64,000 nt of DNA from Thermodesulfobacteriota bacterium (lineage in GTDB: Bacteria > Desulfobacterota > Desulfobulbia > Desulfobulbales > SURF-16), in NCBI GenBank assembly GCA_039714595.1, contig JBDLJA010000005.1:41890-105889 (forward strand), given 5' to 3'. The notes beneath the pieces are model-generated. The model saw only the letters and a program-made list of their open reading frames with translations, did no database searches and had not been told where the DNA came from. The position numbers were made by a program, and so were the translations under genes. Shown here piece after piece: positions 25,829 through 35,595 of the stretch (the first letter of the stretch is position 1; each line of letters begins with the position of its first letter).

Positions 25829-28800
25829 TTAGACCATGGGGATCGCCTCGCATCCTGGGCCGACAAGGGAGCTTCTGCCGCCGGAAATTGGCACAATATT
25901 GATCTGGGTGGCTATCCGCTCTTTCAGGGCCGAGACATGGGAGATAACGCCGATCAGTTTGCCATCCTGCTGTAAACCTCCCAAGGTCTCCAGGGCTGTC
26001 TCCAGGGCATCCGCATCCAGGGTGCCAAACCCTTCATCAAGGAAGAGGGAATCGACCCGCACCTTGTGGCTCGCCATTTTTGAGAGGCCAAGGGCCAGGG
26101 AGAGGCTGACGATAAAACTCTCACCACCGGAAAGGTTCTTGGTGGAGCGAATTTCCCCGGCCTGATAATTATCAACAACATTAAGTTCAAGGGGTAGTAC
26201 CTCATCACGGATCAACAGGTAGCGATCCGTCATTTCGGCCAGCTGCCTGTTGGCATGGGAGATCATCAGTTCAAAGGTCAAGCCCTGGGCAAAATTGCGA
26301 TACCTCTTGCCATCGGCTGAACCAATTAAGCCATGCAGTTTCTCCCAGCGGCCCCACTCTTTCTTCTGAGATTCCACCACCAGCCACTTCTCCTTGAGCC
26401 GCTCCTGGGCAACGGCGTGCTCAGCGAGCTTGTGCTGCAGCCCGGCAATGGCAGCCCTGAGGGTCTTAAGCTCCTCGCCAAGGTCCCTAAGTTGCGGCTC
26501 CAGCTCCCCGAGCCCTTTGAGGGTCACCTTCTTAGCCAGCTCAGCGGCTAAACGATTCTCGCGGTCACTCTGTCTGGCCGCAAGGGCCGTCTGGCCATCA
26601 TCGAGCTCCCTGGCCTTGGCCGCCAGGCTATCCCGCGCCGCCACGGGCAGGCGAGTTGCGCGGAACTGTTTTTCATCAACAAAGCCAGCCGGCGGCAGAG
26701 AGGCAGAAAAATCCGCCTCCATCTTCTTCAGCTCAGCCCCCCTTTGCTCAAGCCGTTCCTGGAGGGAGGCGACATTGGTCATGCTGGAGTTCCATCTCTG
26801 CCGCGCCTCTTCGTGCTGGCCCCTGGCCTCTTTTTCCGCCAGCTCGGCCGCGCTAATGGCCCTGTCCAGGCGCAGCTCTTCATCAGCAGTTTTTTTATCG
26901 CCAAACAAGACCTGGCGCTGGTCAATGCCAAGGGCATATTCCTTTCTGACGGCAGACAGGGCCTCCTCTTTTCCGGCCAGATCCCTGCTTCGTGTCTCAA
27001 TAAGGGCAGCAAGCCGCTGCAACTCACCGTCCAGTCCAATCAGTTGTTTTTCTACTGCCGCTTTTTTCTTAACCTGGGCCTGCCACCTGGCAAGGCGCGC
27101 CTCTAACGATTCCAGCAGGGCAGAGGGGTCCGACTCCCATTCTCCAATGCCAAGGGGGGCCAGTTTGGCCAACACGGCGTTCTGCAACTCGGCAAAACCG
27201 GCCCTGGCCGCGGCCAAACTGCTAACAAGAGTGGCAACTCTTTCTTCAGCGACCTTATTTTCAGCCAGAGCGGCCGCTTCCAGCTTTTCGCTGGCCACCA
27301 GATTCTCCCGGGCTTGGCCCGCGGCTGTTTCCAGATCCTTGATTGCCGCCTCCTGATCTTCCGCCTTTCCTATCAGGCAGGAGAGCTCCCCAAGCTTTTT
27401 CTCTATCTTATCCGGCCCGGGATGGCCCTGAACAAAGGGGTGTTCCTCGGAGCCGCAGAGGGGGCAAGGTTTTCCCTCTTCCAGCCGGGCCCGCTGCTCT
27501 TCGAGGCTGGCAATCTTATCGAGAAACATCTTTTCCCGCAGCAGGGTCTCTTTCTCTCGGCGATATTCACGCAGCAGCCGGCCAGCCAACAAGCGGTTTA
27601 AACCCTCTTTCCCCTCGGCCAGGGTGTTAAGGGCGGCCGCCAACTCCTCTCCCCTCACCCCGCACCGCTTCCGGCAGGCCGCCAGTTTTTCGCCAGACCC
27701 CTTAAGGGCGGCTTTTGCCTTCTCCTCTTCATCCCCCTTCTGGACGATCTCCCTCTCTTTGGCGCTCAGATTGGCCAGCTGCTCGCGGGCTCCGGCAAGG
27801 CCACTTACCAGCCATTCATCCCGCGAATTCTCTTCCAGATATCTCTCCACCAGCAGCAAATCGTTGCGGGCCCCGGCCCGTTTTTTCTCCTCTTCCCCCT
27901 GGCGCAATCTGTCGGCAGCAATTTCTGCCCCATATTTCCTGCAGCTCCCCTCGCCCTCAACCACCGCCTTTTTCTGTTCAGTGAGTTTCTGGTCCAGGAG
28001 GCGAACCTTCTGGATAATTGGCGCGGTCTGCTGCCGCTCTTCTTTGGCCGCCCGGCTCTGCTCCTCGCCAGCATGGCGGGCTTTTTCTAGTTCTTGGCAG
28101 GAACCTGCCAGGACGGGCAGTTTATCCTCTTCACTTTTCAGGGCAGAGTGATCGGCGGCCTGCCCTTTGCGCACCTCTGTCAACCGCCCATGGACCCCGT
28201 CCAGCTCGGCCGCTTTCAGGGCCCGGCTCAGCCGTTGACGATCCGCTTTAAAGGCGGCAATCTCGCCCTGGAGCTTCTCAGACTCGCCAGCCAGGGAGCT
28301 GATCTCTTTTTTCAAGCCAGCAATCCCGCTGAGCCAGGCGATACCCTTTGCCATTTCATCTGTCTGGCCGACCAGCCCCTTCTCCTGCCTTTGCCTCTCG
28401 ACCAGTTCCTGAACCGTTTCCCTTTCCCTGTCCGGATCAAGAACCTCAATACCTGCCATTTCGGCCTCAAGAGCCTTAAGCTTTTCCCCCTCCAGGCGCT
28501 GGCGCTCATGCACCCGCCGGGAAATCTCCGAATAAATTTCCGTGCCGGTGATCTGCTCCAGGATAGGGGCCCGCTCATCGGTATTGGCCTTGAGAAAGGT
28601 ATCAAAACCGCCCTGGGCCAGGAGGATTGACCTGGTGAAGCGCTCAAAGTCCATCCCGGTCACGGCCGCAACCCGTTTGGCCACTTCCAGGAGTTTAACC
28701 TCTAAGACCTGGCCGGAATCTGCCGCCACTATCTCATGTTTGGGAGGTTGCAGATCACCGTCCGCCTTCTTCCTGGCCCGATGCTGGCTCCAGTGGCAGC

Positions 28801-29077
28801 GGAAATTCCCGGCCTGGGAGGCAAAGGTCACCTCGGCATAACATTCGCCGGTTTGCCGGGACATGATCTCATTGCCACTCTTATTAACCCTATTCAGTCG
28901 GGGCGTACGGCCATAGAGGGCAAGGCAGATGGCATCGAGGATCGTTGACTTTCCGGCCCCCGTGGGGCCGGTGATGGCGAAGATGCCATTGGCGGCGAAC
29001 TCCGGTGCGCTGAAATCAAGGCGCCAATGACCATAGAGGGAGTTAAGGTTTTTGAATCTGAGCTCAAGAATCTTCAT
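25829..29077 (-). CDS. sbcC: Exonuclease SbcC (SMC-like ATPase)
   Basis: 1082-aa ORF. N-terminal Walker A ITGPTGAGKSTILDAI, long coiled coil with a CPLCG zinc hook, C-terminal LSGGE signature and Walker B LFLDEGFG. Confidence 0.9.
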   Translation of the reverse strand: MKILELRFKNLNSLYGHWRLDFSAPEFAANGIFAITGPTGAGKSTILDAICLALYGRTPRLNRVNKSGNEIMSRQTGECYAEVTFASQAGNFRCHWSQHRARKKADGDLQPPKHEIVAADSGQVLEVKLLEVAKRVAAVTGMDFERFTRSILLAQGGFDTFLKANTDERAPILEQITGTEIYSEISRRVHERQRLEGEKLKALEAEMAGIEVLDPDRERETVQELVERQRQEKGLVGQTDEMAKGIAWLSGIAGLKKEISSLAGESEKLQGEIAAFKADRQRLSRALKAAELDGVHGRLTEVRKGQAADHSALKSEEDKLPVLAGSCQELEKARHAGEEQSRAAKEERQQTAPIIQKVRLLDQKLTEQKKAVVEGEGSCRKYGAEIAADRLRQGEEEKKRAGARNDLLLVERYLEENSRDEWLVSGLAGAREQLANLSAKEREIVQKGDEEEKAKAALKGSGEKLAACRKRCGVRGEELAAALNTLAEGKEGLNRLLAGRLLREYRREKETLLREKMFLDKIASLEEQRARLEEGKPCPLCGSEEHPFVQGHPGPDKIEKKLGELSCLIGKAEDQEAAIKDLETAAGQARENLVASEKLEAAALAENKVAEERVATLVSSLAAARAGFAELQNAVLAKLAPLGIGEWESDPSALLESLEARLARWQAQVKKKAAVEKQLIGLDGELQRLAALIETRSRDLAGKEEALSAVRKEYALGIDQRQVLFGDKKTADEELRLDRAISAAELAEKEARGQHEEARQRWNSSMTNVASLQERLEQRGAELKKMEADFSASLPPAGFVDEKQFRATRLPVAARDSLAAKARELDDGQTALAARQSDRENRLAAELAKKVTLKGLGELEPQLRDLGEELKTLRAAIAGLQHKLAEHAVAQERLKEKWLVVESQKKEWGRWEKLHGLIGSADGKRYRNFAQGLTFELMISHANRQLAEMTDRYLLIRDEVLPLELNVVDNYQAGEIRSTKNLSGGESFIVSLSLALGLSKMASHKVRVDSLFLDEGFGTLDADALETALETLGGLQQDGKLIGVISHVSALKERIATQINIVPISGGRSSLVGPGCEAIPMV

Positions 29078-29182
29078 CCAAGCAGGTCCCGTTTTTTTCT
29101 GCTGACTAGGCGCCGCGCCCTGGCCTTCCCCTCCCGGGAGTCCAGCGAAAAAGCCAGGGGGCTTTGCCCTGGCCGGTCAAGA

Positions 29183-30412
29183 CTAGCGGGCATTTTTATC
29201 TTCCTCAAGAAGATCATGGACTATCTCCCCATGGGCCGCAATCAGGGCCGGCCGCTCCTCCGGGGAGACGGCAAAGGAATCCAGGCAACGCTTGAAGACA
29301 TCGTTGACATCCAGCTCCTCCAGGCTCTCTTCCTCATTCAGCCGGCCAAGGACCCGCTCAACAATCTGTTTATTTTTGATGCGCCGAACCTCAAGCCCGC
29401 TCCCAGCCACGCTCTCATCAATCAGCAGCCGCAGATTGCCGATCACCTCCTGGCCACTGTATTCGATCTCCAGCCAGGCATTACTGCCCTGCTCCTTTAA
29501 GAACTCAATCTGGGCTTGAATCTCCGCCAGGGAGCCGGAAAGCCGGGCCAAGGGCTGGAAGCATGGCACGGCCAGCTCTTCGATGTGTGGCGCATCACTG
29601 CCAAAATCAACCAAGACAACCTTTTTCTCCTGCTTTGCCTCGCCAAAACCGCAGGGAATTGGGGAACCGGAGTAGCGCATATGGGCGGCCTGGCCCACCT
29701 GTTGCGGGACATGGAGATGACCAAGGGCCAGGTAGTCGATGCAGGCAGGAAAGGTATCGGCGCCAACCTGGGCCAGGGAACCAACATAGAGATCCCTGAC
29801 GCCATCACCGTCAATGGTCTTGCCGCCAGAGGTGAAGAGGTGGCCGGTGGCAATGATCGGCAGATCACCGACGAGCTCCTGCCTCTTCTGTTGGGCAATG
29901 GCGCCAACCGCCGCGTAATGGTCCCGGATGCCGGAGCTAAGCTTCTCCCTCTTCTCCTCAAGGGACTCACCCGCCCAGGCCGTCCGGATATCCCTGTCCC
30001 GCAGATAGGGCACGGCGCAGACAATGGCCTCCGGGCTCCCTTGCGAATCGGCCAAGACAATAACCTCGTCCCCGGGCTCAGCGCTGCTGGCGCCAACCAC
30101 ATGGACATTCAAGGCGCGCAACAGCTCTCTGGGGGCGTTCAGGAAGGAGGGGGAGTCATGATTGCCGCCAATGACAACAACATGGCGGCAACAACTGGCC
30201 GCAACCTGGCAGAGAAAGCGGTAGTAGAGCTCCTGGGCCCTGTTACTGGGGGTAGAGTTATCAAAGATGTCACCGGCCACCAGCAGGGTATCAATCCCCT
30301 GCTGGTCAATGGCAGCCGCCAACCAGGCCAGAAAGGCCGTATGTTCATCATAACGTTTACGGCCATAGAGGGAATGGCCCAGATGCCAGTCTGAGGTGTG
30401 GAGGAGTTTCAT
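29183..30412 (-). CDS. sbcD: Exonuclease SbcD (Mre11-type phosphoesterase)
   Basis: 409-aa ORF. MKLLHTSDWHLG, GDIFD, GNHD and GHLH calcineurin-like motifs; lies upstream of sbcC. Confidence 0.9.
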   Translation of the reverse strand: MKLLHTSDWHLGHSLYGRKRYDEHTAFLAWLAAAIDQQGIDTLLVAGDIFDNSTPSNRAQELYYRFLCQVAASCCRHVVVIGGNHDSPSFLNAPRELLRALNVHVVGASSAEPGDEVIVLADSQGSPEAIVCAVPYLRDRDIRTAWAGESLEEKREKLSSGIRDHYAAVGAIAQQKRQELVGDLPIIATGHLFTSGGKTIDGDGVRDLYVGSLAQVGADTFPACIDYLALGHLHVPQQVGQAAHMRYSGSPIPCGFGEAKQEKKVVLVDFGSDAPHIEELAVPCFQPLARLSGSLAEIQAQIEFLKEQGSNAWLEIEYSGQEVIGNLRLLIDESVAGSGLEVRRIKNKQIVERVLGRLNEEESLEELDVNDVFKRCLDSFAVSPEERPALIAAHGEIVHDLLEEDKNAR

Positions 30413-30587
30413 GGGATGGCAAGGATGAGCAGAGGAAGGTCCCGGCGTAAGGACTTAAAATAGCAAGACAACTATAGCGTTTGTTTAGCCATGGCCGGGG
30501 CCCATGTCAAGCCATTCTTCACGCCGGAAGAAAGGGATAGGGGGGAAGAAGGGACCAGGGGGGCTTGGGCCAGGAGGGGCAGCCAGC

Positions 30588-31100
30588 TTAACGGGTGACC
30601 AGCTCCACCACCACAAAGATCACCATGGCGGCGGTTACCGCCATCTCAAAGATAAAGGAGACCACGGTGCCCAGCACCGCGCCGAGGCCGGCCTTAAGCA
30701 CCTTCTCCTTCTGCCGGTCCCGCCACAGCTCGCCGCCCACGGCGCCGACAAAGGTGCCCAGCAGCATGCCGAAGATGGCCGAGCCGGGGATGGGCAGAAC
30801 CAGGCCCAGAAAGAGACCGATCACCGCGCCAACCATGCCGGCCCCGGAGGCGCCAAAACTCTTGGCCCCCAGCATGGTCAGGAGATACTGGCCGCCCACC
30901 GCCACCAGGGCGAGGACGGCCAGGATAGCGATATCCACCAGGGAGATGGGTAAAAAATCGGTGAAGAGACCGTAGAGCAGGGCGCCCACCACGATCAGGG
31001 CCGGGCCGGGAATAACCGGTAGCATGGTGCCGAGGATGCCAAGGGCCAGAAAGGCCAGGAGCATTACGTCGTAAATGGTCAGGAGGAGGAGCGAGTCCAT
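30588..31100 (-). CDS. DUF456-family membrane protein
   Basis: Hydrophobic multi-pass protein with Gly-rich helices (LPVIPGPALIVVGALLYG..., GASGAGMVGAVIG...). I moved the start to the ATG at 31100, 1 nt after the upstream gene's stop. Confidence 0.75.
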   Translation of the reverse strand: MDSLLLLTIYDVMLLAFLALGILGTMLPVIPGPALIVVGALLYGLFTDFLPISLVDIAILAVLALVAVGGQYLLTMLGAKSFGASGAGMVGAVIGLFLGLVLPIPGSAIFGMLLGTFVGAVGGELWRDRQKEKVLKAGLGAVLGTVVSFIFEMAVTAAMVIFVVVELVTR

Positions 31101-31101
31101 T

Positions 31102-31833
31102 TCAGCTGATAACCTGCCCCGTAGGCTGCCAGCCCGCGGCCGCCCCCTTACCCTTAGGGCGACGAAAGCACTCGACGATGTCACCCTCCCGGGCCTGATG
31201 AAAGTCCTTGATCTGCAGCCCCACCTCTTGGCCGGGCCGCGCCATTTTCACCGCGTCCTGCTCGATGTGGAGCGATCTGATCACCCCGCTATAGACCGGG
31301 CCCATGGCCGAGATAAGGCGGAAGGAGTCGCCCAAGCGCAGCAACCCCTGTTCCACCCGGCAACCGAGGATGATACCGTGCCGGGATGATTTAAAGAGGG
31401 CGATGACCTTTGCCGAGCCGGTCACCTCGTCTGCCTCCTCCCGGGCCGGCAGCAGGGAACGGGCAATACCCACCAGGTCGGCGCAAAGGGCATAGATTAC
31501 CTCATAGAGGCGAATCTCCACCCCATGTTCGGCGCAGAGCCTGACCAGCCGCCGGCCCACCGGGACGCTGAAGCCTAAGATCAACTTAGAGCCGGTCTCG
31601 GCCTGGAGCAGATCCCCCTGAGTCACCTCACCCACCCCGCGCTGGACAATGACAATCTCCACCCCGGCCACCTTGAGTTCGCTGATGGCACCGCACACCG
31701 CCTCCAGGACGCCGGCCGTATCCGCCTTGACCACGATCTCCAGGAGCCTAGTATCGTCCCCACCATCATGACGGGTCACGGGACCAGGCGCCGGTGCGCC
31801 TCTCTTACGCCTATGTTTTCTGCGGTGGGCCAT
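31102..31833 (-). CDS. Stand-alone paralog of the translation initiation factor IF-2 C-terminal domains (no G domain)
   Basis: The 243-aa ORF aligns by eye along its length with the IF2 C1/C2 region. VVKADTAGVLEAV...GVGEVTQGDLLQA...ILGFSVP...GVEIRLYEVIYAL compares with E. coli VLKADVQGSVEAI...GVGGITETDATLA...LVGFNVR...LDLRYYSVIYNL. The C2 beta-barrel part ...GCRVEQG...VYSGVIRSLHIEQDAV...GQEVGLQIKDF...GDIVECF is also present. The basic N-terminal tail MAHRRKHRRKRG replaces the GTPase. RBS GAAGGA. Confidence 0.8.
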   Translation of the reverse strand: MAHRRKHRRKRGAPAPGPVTRHDGGDDTRLLEIVVKADTAGVLEAVCGAISELKVAGVEIVIVQRGVGEVTQGDLLQAETGSKLILGFSVPVGRRLVRLCAEHGVEIRLYEVIYALCADLVGIARSLLPAREEADEVTGSAKVIALFKSSRHGIILGCRVEQGLLRLGDSFRLISAMGPVYSGVIRSLHIEQDAVKMARPGQEVGLQIKDFHQAREGDIVECFRRPKGKGAAAGWQPTGQVIS

Positions 31834-31877
31834 CTTTTCCTTCCCCCAGTACCCTTAACCAGGCAGCCTTGGGCCTT

Positions 31878-32867
31878 TTAATCCCCCGCCTCACCGGGGC
31901 AACAGACCAAGCGGTTGCGCCCTCCCCTCTTGGCCTTATAGAGCATGCGGTCCGCCTCGGCAATCAGCTGGCCGGGATTGTCAGGGTCGCACTCCTTTAA
32001 CGAGGCAACCCCGACACTGACGGTGTTGATATGGGAGATATCACCACTGACGTAAGGGGTTGACTTACAACTCTCGACAATACGGTTGCCCACCTGCTGG
32101 GCCGCCTCCAGATCACTCTCCGGCAGCAGGACCAGAAACTCCTCGCCGCCATAGCGAAAGGCGATATCCGCGTCGCGCAGGGAGGCCTTGATGCGCTGGG
32201 AAAACTGCTGCAGCACCAGATCGCCAAAGGTGTGGCCAAAGGTGTCATTGGTATACTTGAAGTGATCCAGATCAATGAGCAGGCAGGAGAGGTCCTGATT
32301 ATAGCGCTTGCTCTGCTGGAACTCCTGGTTCAGCAGATGCATGAGCTGGCGCCGGTTATAGAGGCCGGTTAACTCGTCAACGATGCTCAGGTGGCGCAGC
32401 TGTTCCTCGATCTCATTCTTGCGCTCCAGGGTCTTTAAGAGGAGCCTGTTCTTCTCCTCCAGGGAATGGATCAACTCCGCCTTGTCCATGTGGACCATGT
32501 AAAGCTTCATGGCATCGTTGATGGCGGTGCGCAACTCCTCCTCCTGGACCGGTTTGGTGATAAAACGGAAGACCTCGCCACTGTTGATGCAGGGCAGGAG
32601 CTGGCCGGTCTGGGTATAGGCGCTGAGAACGATGCGGATGGTTTCGGGGAAACGTTGCTTGATGATCTCCAGGAGCTGCAGGCCGTCCATCTCCGGCATC
32701 TTCATATCGGTGGCAATGATATGAATGGGGTTTTCCGCCATGATGGCCAGGGCCTCGGCCCCGCTCAAGGCAAAGAACTGGCCGTACGACTCCTTGCGCA
32801 GCAGGCGCCGCAAGGCGTTGAGGGTGTATTGTTCGTCATCGACAAACAGAACATTCATATCAAGCAT
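31878..32867 (-). CDS. Response regulator receiver + GGDEF diguanylate cyclase
   Basis: 329-aa ORF. Receiver (VLFVDDE...TDMKMPEMDG) and a GGDEF domain with an intact RYGGEEF active site. Confidence 0.88.
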   Translation of the reverse strand: MLDMNVLFVDDEQYTLNALRRLLRKESYGQFFALSGAEALAIMAENPIHIIATDMKMPEMDGLQLLEIIKQRFPETIRIVLSAYTQTGQLLPCINSGEVFRFITKPVQEEELRTAINDAMKLYMVHMDKAELIHSLEEKNRLLLKTLERKNEIEEQLRHLSIVDELTGLYNRRQLMHLLNQEFQQSKRYNQDLSCLLIDLDHFKYTNDTFGHTFGDLVLQQFSQRIKASLRDADIAFRYGGEEFLVLLPESDLEAAQQVGNRIVESCKSTPYVSGDISHINTVSVGVASLKECDPDNPGQLIAEADRMLYKAKRGGRNRLVCCPGEAGD

Positions 32868-33149
32868 GGAGACACACTCTCAGGCAGACCACAGGTGATA
32901 GCCATGGGACCCGAGACGCCCGCCCAAAGAGATGATCTGAGGGGCCCCCGGGCAGACCAGCAGACAATCCATTGCCCTGACCAGCCGCAACGGCTATCAT
33001 GAAACTTATATGGGGTAATTTCCCCGGTCAAAGTTACGTTATATTTAGTTATCCTTAACTATATATAATTATCTGAACAGAACACAAAGATATCCACATT
33101 TTTTAAGGAAAGGGCGGCACCATGGCCGCTAACCAGAGGAGGAGAAACC

Positions 33150-33395
33150 ATGAAGAGCTGTCTATGCCCCAAATGTCAAGACACCCCCCTGCAGCCTGCC
33201 CGCCGCAATGGGGTGGAGATCGATTACTGCCCCCAGTGCAACGGCATCTGGCTGGACAACGGCGAGTTAAACCGAATCATTACCAGGGTGGGCAGTAAGG
33301 GGGGCGGCAAGGTCATCTCCAACAAGCCGGACAAGGGGAGTAAGCCGGCCATGAAGGTCATGTCCTCCCTGCTCGACATCCTTGACCTGGACTAG
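33150..33395 (+). CDS. Zinc-ribbon (TFIIB-type zf) small protein
   Basis: 81 aa with CPKC...CPQCNGIWLDNGEL; GGAGGAG RBS upstream. Confidence 0.7.
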   Translation: MKSCLCPKCQDTPLQPARRNGVEIDYCPQCNGIWLDNGELNRIITRVGSKGGGKVISNKPDKGSKPAMKVMSSLLDILDLD

Positions 33396-34525
33396 AGGGG
33401 TTCTTCTGGCAGGGCCCCCCTGGCCAGCTGCCCGCAGGCGGCGGAGATATCACTGCCCCGGCTGTCCCGGACAAAGGCGCGGATTCCGGCCTGGTAGAGA
33501 ATTTTTTTGAACTCTATGATCACCTCTTCCCCTGGCCGGCAATAGTCGAGTCCGGCCGACTCGTTGTAGGGCAGGAGGTTAACCCGGCAGGGGACGCCCT
33601 GGAGGAGAAGAGCCAGTTGCCGGGCCTGCTCCGGTGAGTCGTTGATCCCGGCCAGCAGGATATACTCCATGAGGATGACCCGTTTGCGGGCCAGGGGGAA
33701 TTTTTTGCAGGCCGCCAGCAACCTCTCCAGGTTGTGGCTGCGGTTCACCGGCATCAGCCGGCTGCGCGTCTCATCGTCGGCGGCGTGCAGGGAGATGGCC
33801 AGGTTGACCCGCGCGTCGCGCCCCAGATCCTCGATGCGGGGGGCGAGACCACAGGTGGAGACGGTGACCCTGCGCTCGGTGAACTCCAGCCCCTCCGGGG
33901 CCATGAGGATCTTCAGGGCCGCGATCAGGTTATCGTAGTTGGCCAGCGGCTCGCCCATGCCCATGAAGACCAGGTTGTTGATATACTCCCGCGCCGTTGC
34001 CCGCTTAACCCCCTTCTCTTGCAGATAAGCAATCACCGCCAGCACCTGACCAACGATCTCAGCCGGGCGCAAGTTACGGACCAGCCCCATGGTCCCGGTG
34101 AGACAGAAATCACAAGCCATGGCGCAACCCACCTGGGAGGAGAGGCAGAGGGTGAGGCGCTCACCCTGGGGAATGAGAACAGTCTCAATGAGACGGCCAT
34201 CATCCAGGCGGAAGGCGAACTTTGTGGTGCCATCCTCGGACACCTCCGCCGTCTCCACGGCCAGTCCGCTGATCCGACAACGCTGGGCCAGGGAAAGGCG
34301 GTACTTGCCCTTGAGGCCGGCCATTCCGCCAATATCAACGCAACCGTACAGATAGATCTCCCTGAAGATATGGGGGGCCCGGGAAGAGGGGATGCCTAAA
34401 TCTTCCAGGAGCTGCCCCAGCTCAGGCATGGTGATATTTTTCAGGTCGACAAGGGCCAAAAAACTTCTCCCGGCAGGAATTTTTTGCGGCATAGCTGGCA
34501 GCCCATAATAACCCCTGGAGGTCAT
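33392..34525 (-). CDS. rlmN: 23S rRNA/tRNA (adenine-C2)-methyltransferase RlmN (radical SAM)
   Basis: CLSSQVGCAMACDFCLTG radical SAM motif, GMGEPLAN, and C-terminal ...GSDISAACGQL. The exact start is uncertain. Confidence 0.9.
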   Translation of the reverse strand: MTSRGYYGLPAMPQKIPAGRSFLALVDLKNITMPELGQLLEDLGIPSSRAPHIFREIYLYGCVDIGGMAGLKGKYRLSLAQRCRISGLAVETAEVSEDGTTKFAFRLDDGRLIETVLIPQGERLTLCLSSQVGCAMACDFCLTGTMGLVRNLRPAEIVGQVLAVIAYLQEKGVKRATAREYINNLVFMGMGEPLANYDNLIAALKILMAPEGLEFTERRVTVSTCGLAPRIEDLGRDARVNLAISLHAADDETRSRLMPVNRSHNLERLLAACKKFPLARKRVILMEYILLAGINDSPEQARQLALLLQGVPCRVNLLPYNESAGLDYCRPGEEVIIEFKKILYQAGIRAFVRDSRGSDISAACGQLARGALPEEPL

Positions 34526-34852
34526 AGCAGCAGGCGGGCTGACAAAAAATCGGCCTGCCCCTCAACTCTCAGCCAGTCTGAGAACGATGAGCCCGGCAAA
34601 ATGGCGGCAACTTGCGTGACAGGCAGCTAAAAAGAACCCTCTTTGGCATCTTTTTCCCCTTTTTACCAGAAAAAAGAGCCGCCTCCCAGTCACAGTAAGC
34701 GATCAATTAACCACACCCCAAGTTGACAAACCATTGAAACCGTAGGCGATTCAGGGACGCCGCCAGGGGCGTGATCGAAGCGCGCGATAATACATAAGGT
34801 ATATCGAGTGGTTCGAGCGCGCGCAGGGTGGTGTTCATGGAGCGCCTCCCAG

Positions 34853-35407
34853 TCACAGATCCGCCAAACTCTCACCCTGGGCCACGATGGCCATTATCCG
34901 GCTCTGGGCCGCCTGGGCCGCCTGGCTCAGCTGGCTAACCTCCCGGGTCAGGGGGTCATCGCTGCCCAGGAGGCGGCGGGCCCGCGCCTGCAGATCAGCC
35001 ATGGCGGCCGTCTGCTGGGCCAGGTCGGGCAGCAGTTGCCGGCGCAGGCCATGTCTCTCCTGCTCCTCCGCCAGGATGGGCCGCAGACGGTGGATGAACA
35101 TCTCCACCAGGAGATTGCGCGGCACGTTGTGGCGCCGGGCCAGCTGATTCAGGGTATCCACCGTCTCCTGACTCAAGACAAAGGTCTTCTGCCGCCGCCT
35201 CTGGGGCTCTGGCGCGGCCCCGGGACTGGCCGGCGTACCGCCCGCCATCAGGTCCGAGGCAGCGATCAGCTGATCAAAGAGGGTCTTTTGCCTTATCCCC
35301 AGCTGGCCGGCCATGCTGCGTAAGAGGACAATGGTCTCCGGGCTGAGCTTGAAGGTAACCCGGACCGACTGCTTGGCCCGAAGCTGCTTGAGGGTGAGGT
35401 TATCCAT
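34853..35407 (-). CDS. Tandem ribbon-helix-helix (CopG/Arc-like x2) protein with a helical C-terminal region
   Basis: Two RHH-like units in one chain: VRVTFKLSPETIVLLRSMAGQLGIRQKTLFDQLI and QKTFVLSQETVDTLNQLARRHNVPRNLLVEMFIHRL. The C-terminal 70 aa is Ala/Gln/Leu-rich. Divergent from hsp20-clpB. Confidence 0.6.
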   Translation of the reverse strand: MDNLTLKQLRAKQSVRVTFKLSPETIVLLRSMAGQLGIRQKTLFDQLIAASDLMAGGTPASPGAAPEPQRRRQKTFVLSQETVDTLNQLARRHNVPRNLLVEMFIHRLRPILAEEQERHGLRRQLLPDLAQQTAAMADLQARARRLLGSDDPLTREVSQLSQAAQAAQSRIMAIVAQGESLADL

Positions 35408-35554
35408 AGAAGATCCCGGGAAGTTTTTTGCTGGTTATCTCCGATCAGCGGCCAGTGTCCCATGGCGAGCCGGGCCAATCTGCTTAGCCGGCCACAGGCC
35501 ATGGCCGCCACTCAGGGCGCCAGTAGTACCATAGGATCAACATAACCGGCCCGC

Positions 35555-35585
35555 ATTACTTTTGTCAAAATATAAAAAAAGTAAT
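35555..35585. promoter_or_regulatory. 9-bp perfect inverted repeat (candidate operator)
   Basis: ATTACTTTT (35555-35563), 13 nt spacer, AAAAGTAAT (35577-35585), ending 10 nt upstream of the hsp20 -35 candidate. Confidence 0.4.
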
Positions 35586-35595
35586 ACATACTGCA

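Noticed and set aside
29078-29182. 105-nt gap between sbcD and sbcC, which usually overlap, as a possible hidden small gene.
   Set aside because: No ORF with a start and RBS fits in either direction. The sequence is GC-rich with no obvious structure, so it is probably just a spacer.
33089-33097. ATATCCACA, a 1-mismatch DnaA box in the GGDEF/zinc-ribbon intergenic region.
   Set aside because: It is an isolated single 9-mer far from dnaA with no cluster of boxes, which is expected by chance in AT-rich promoter DNA.
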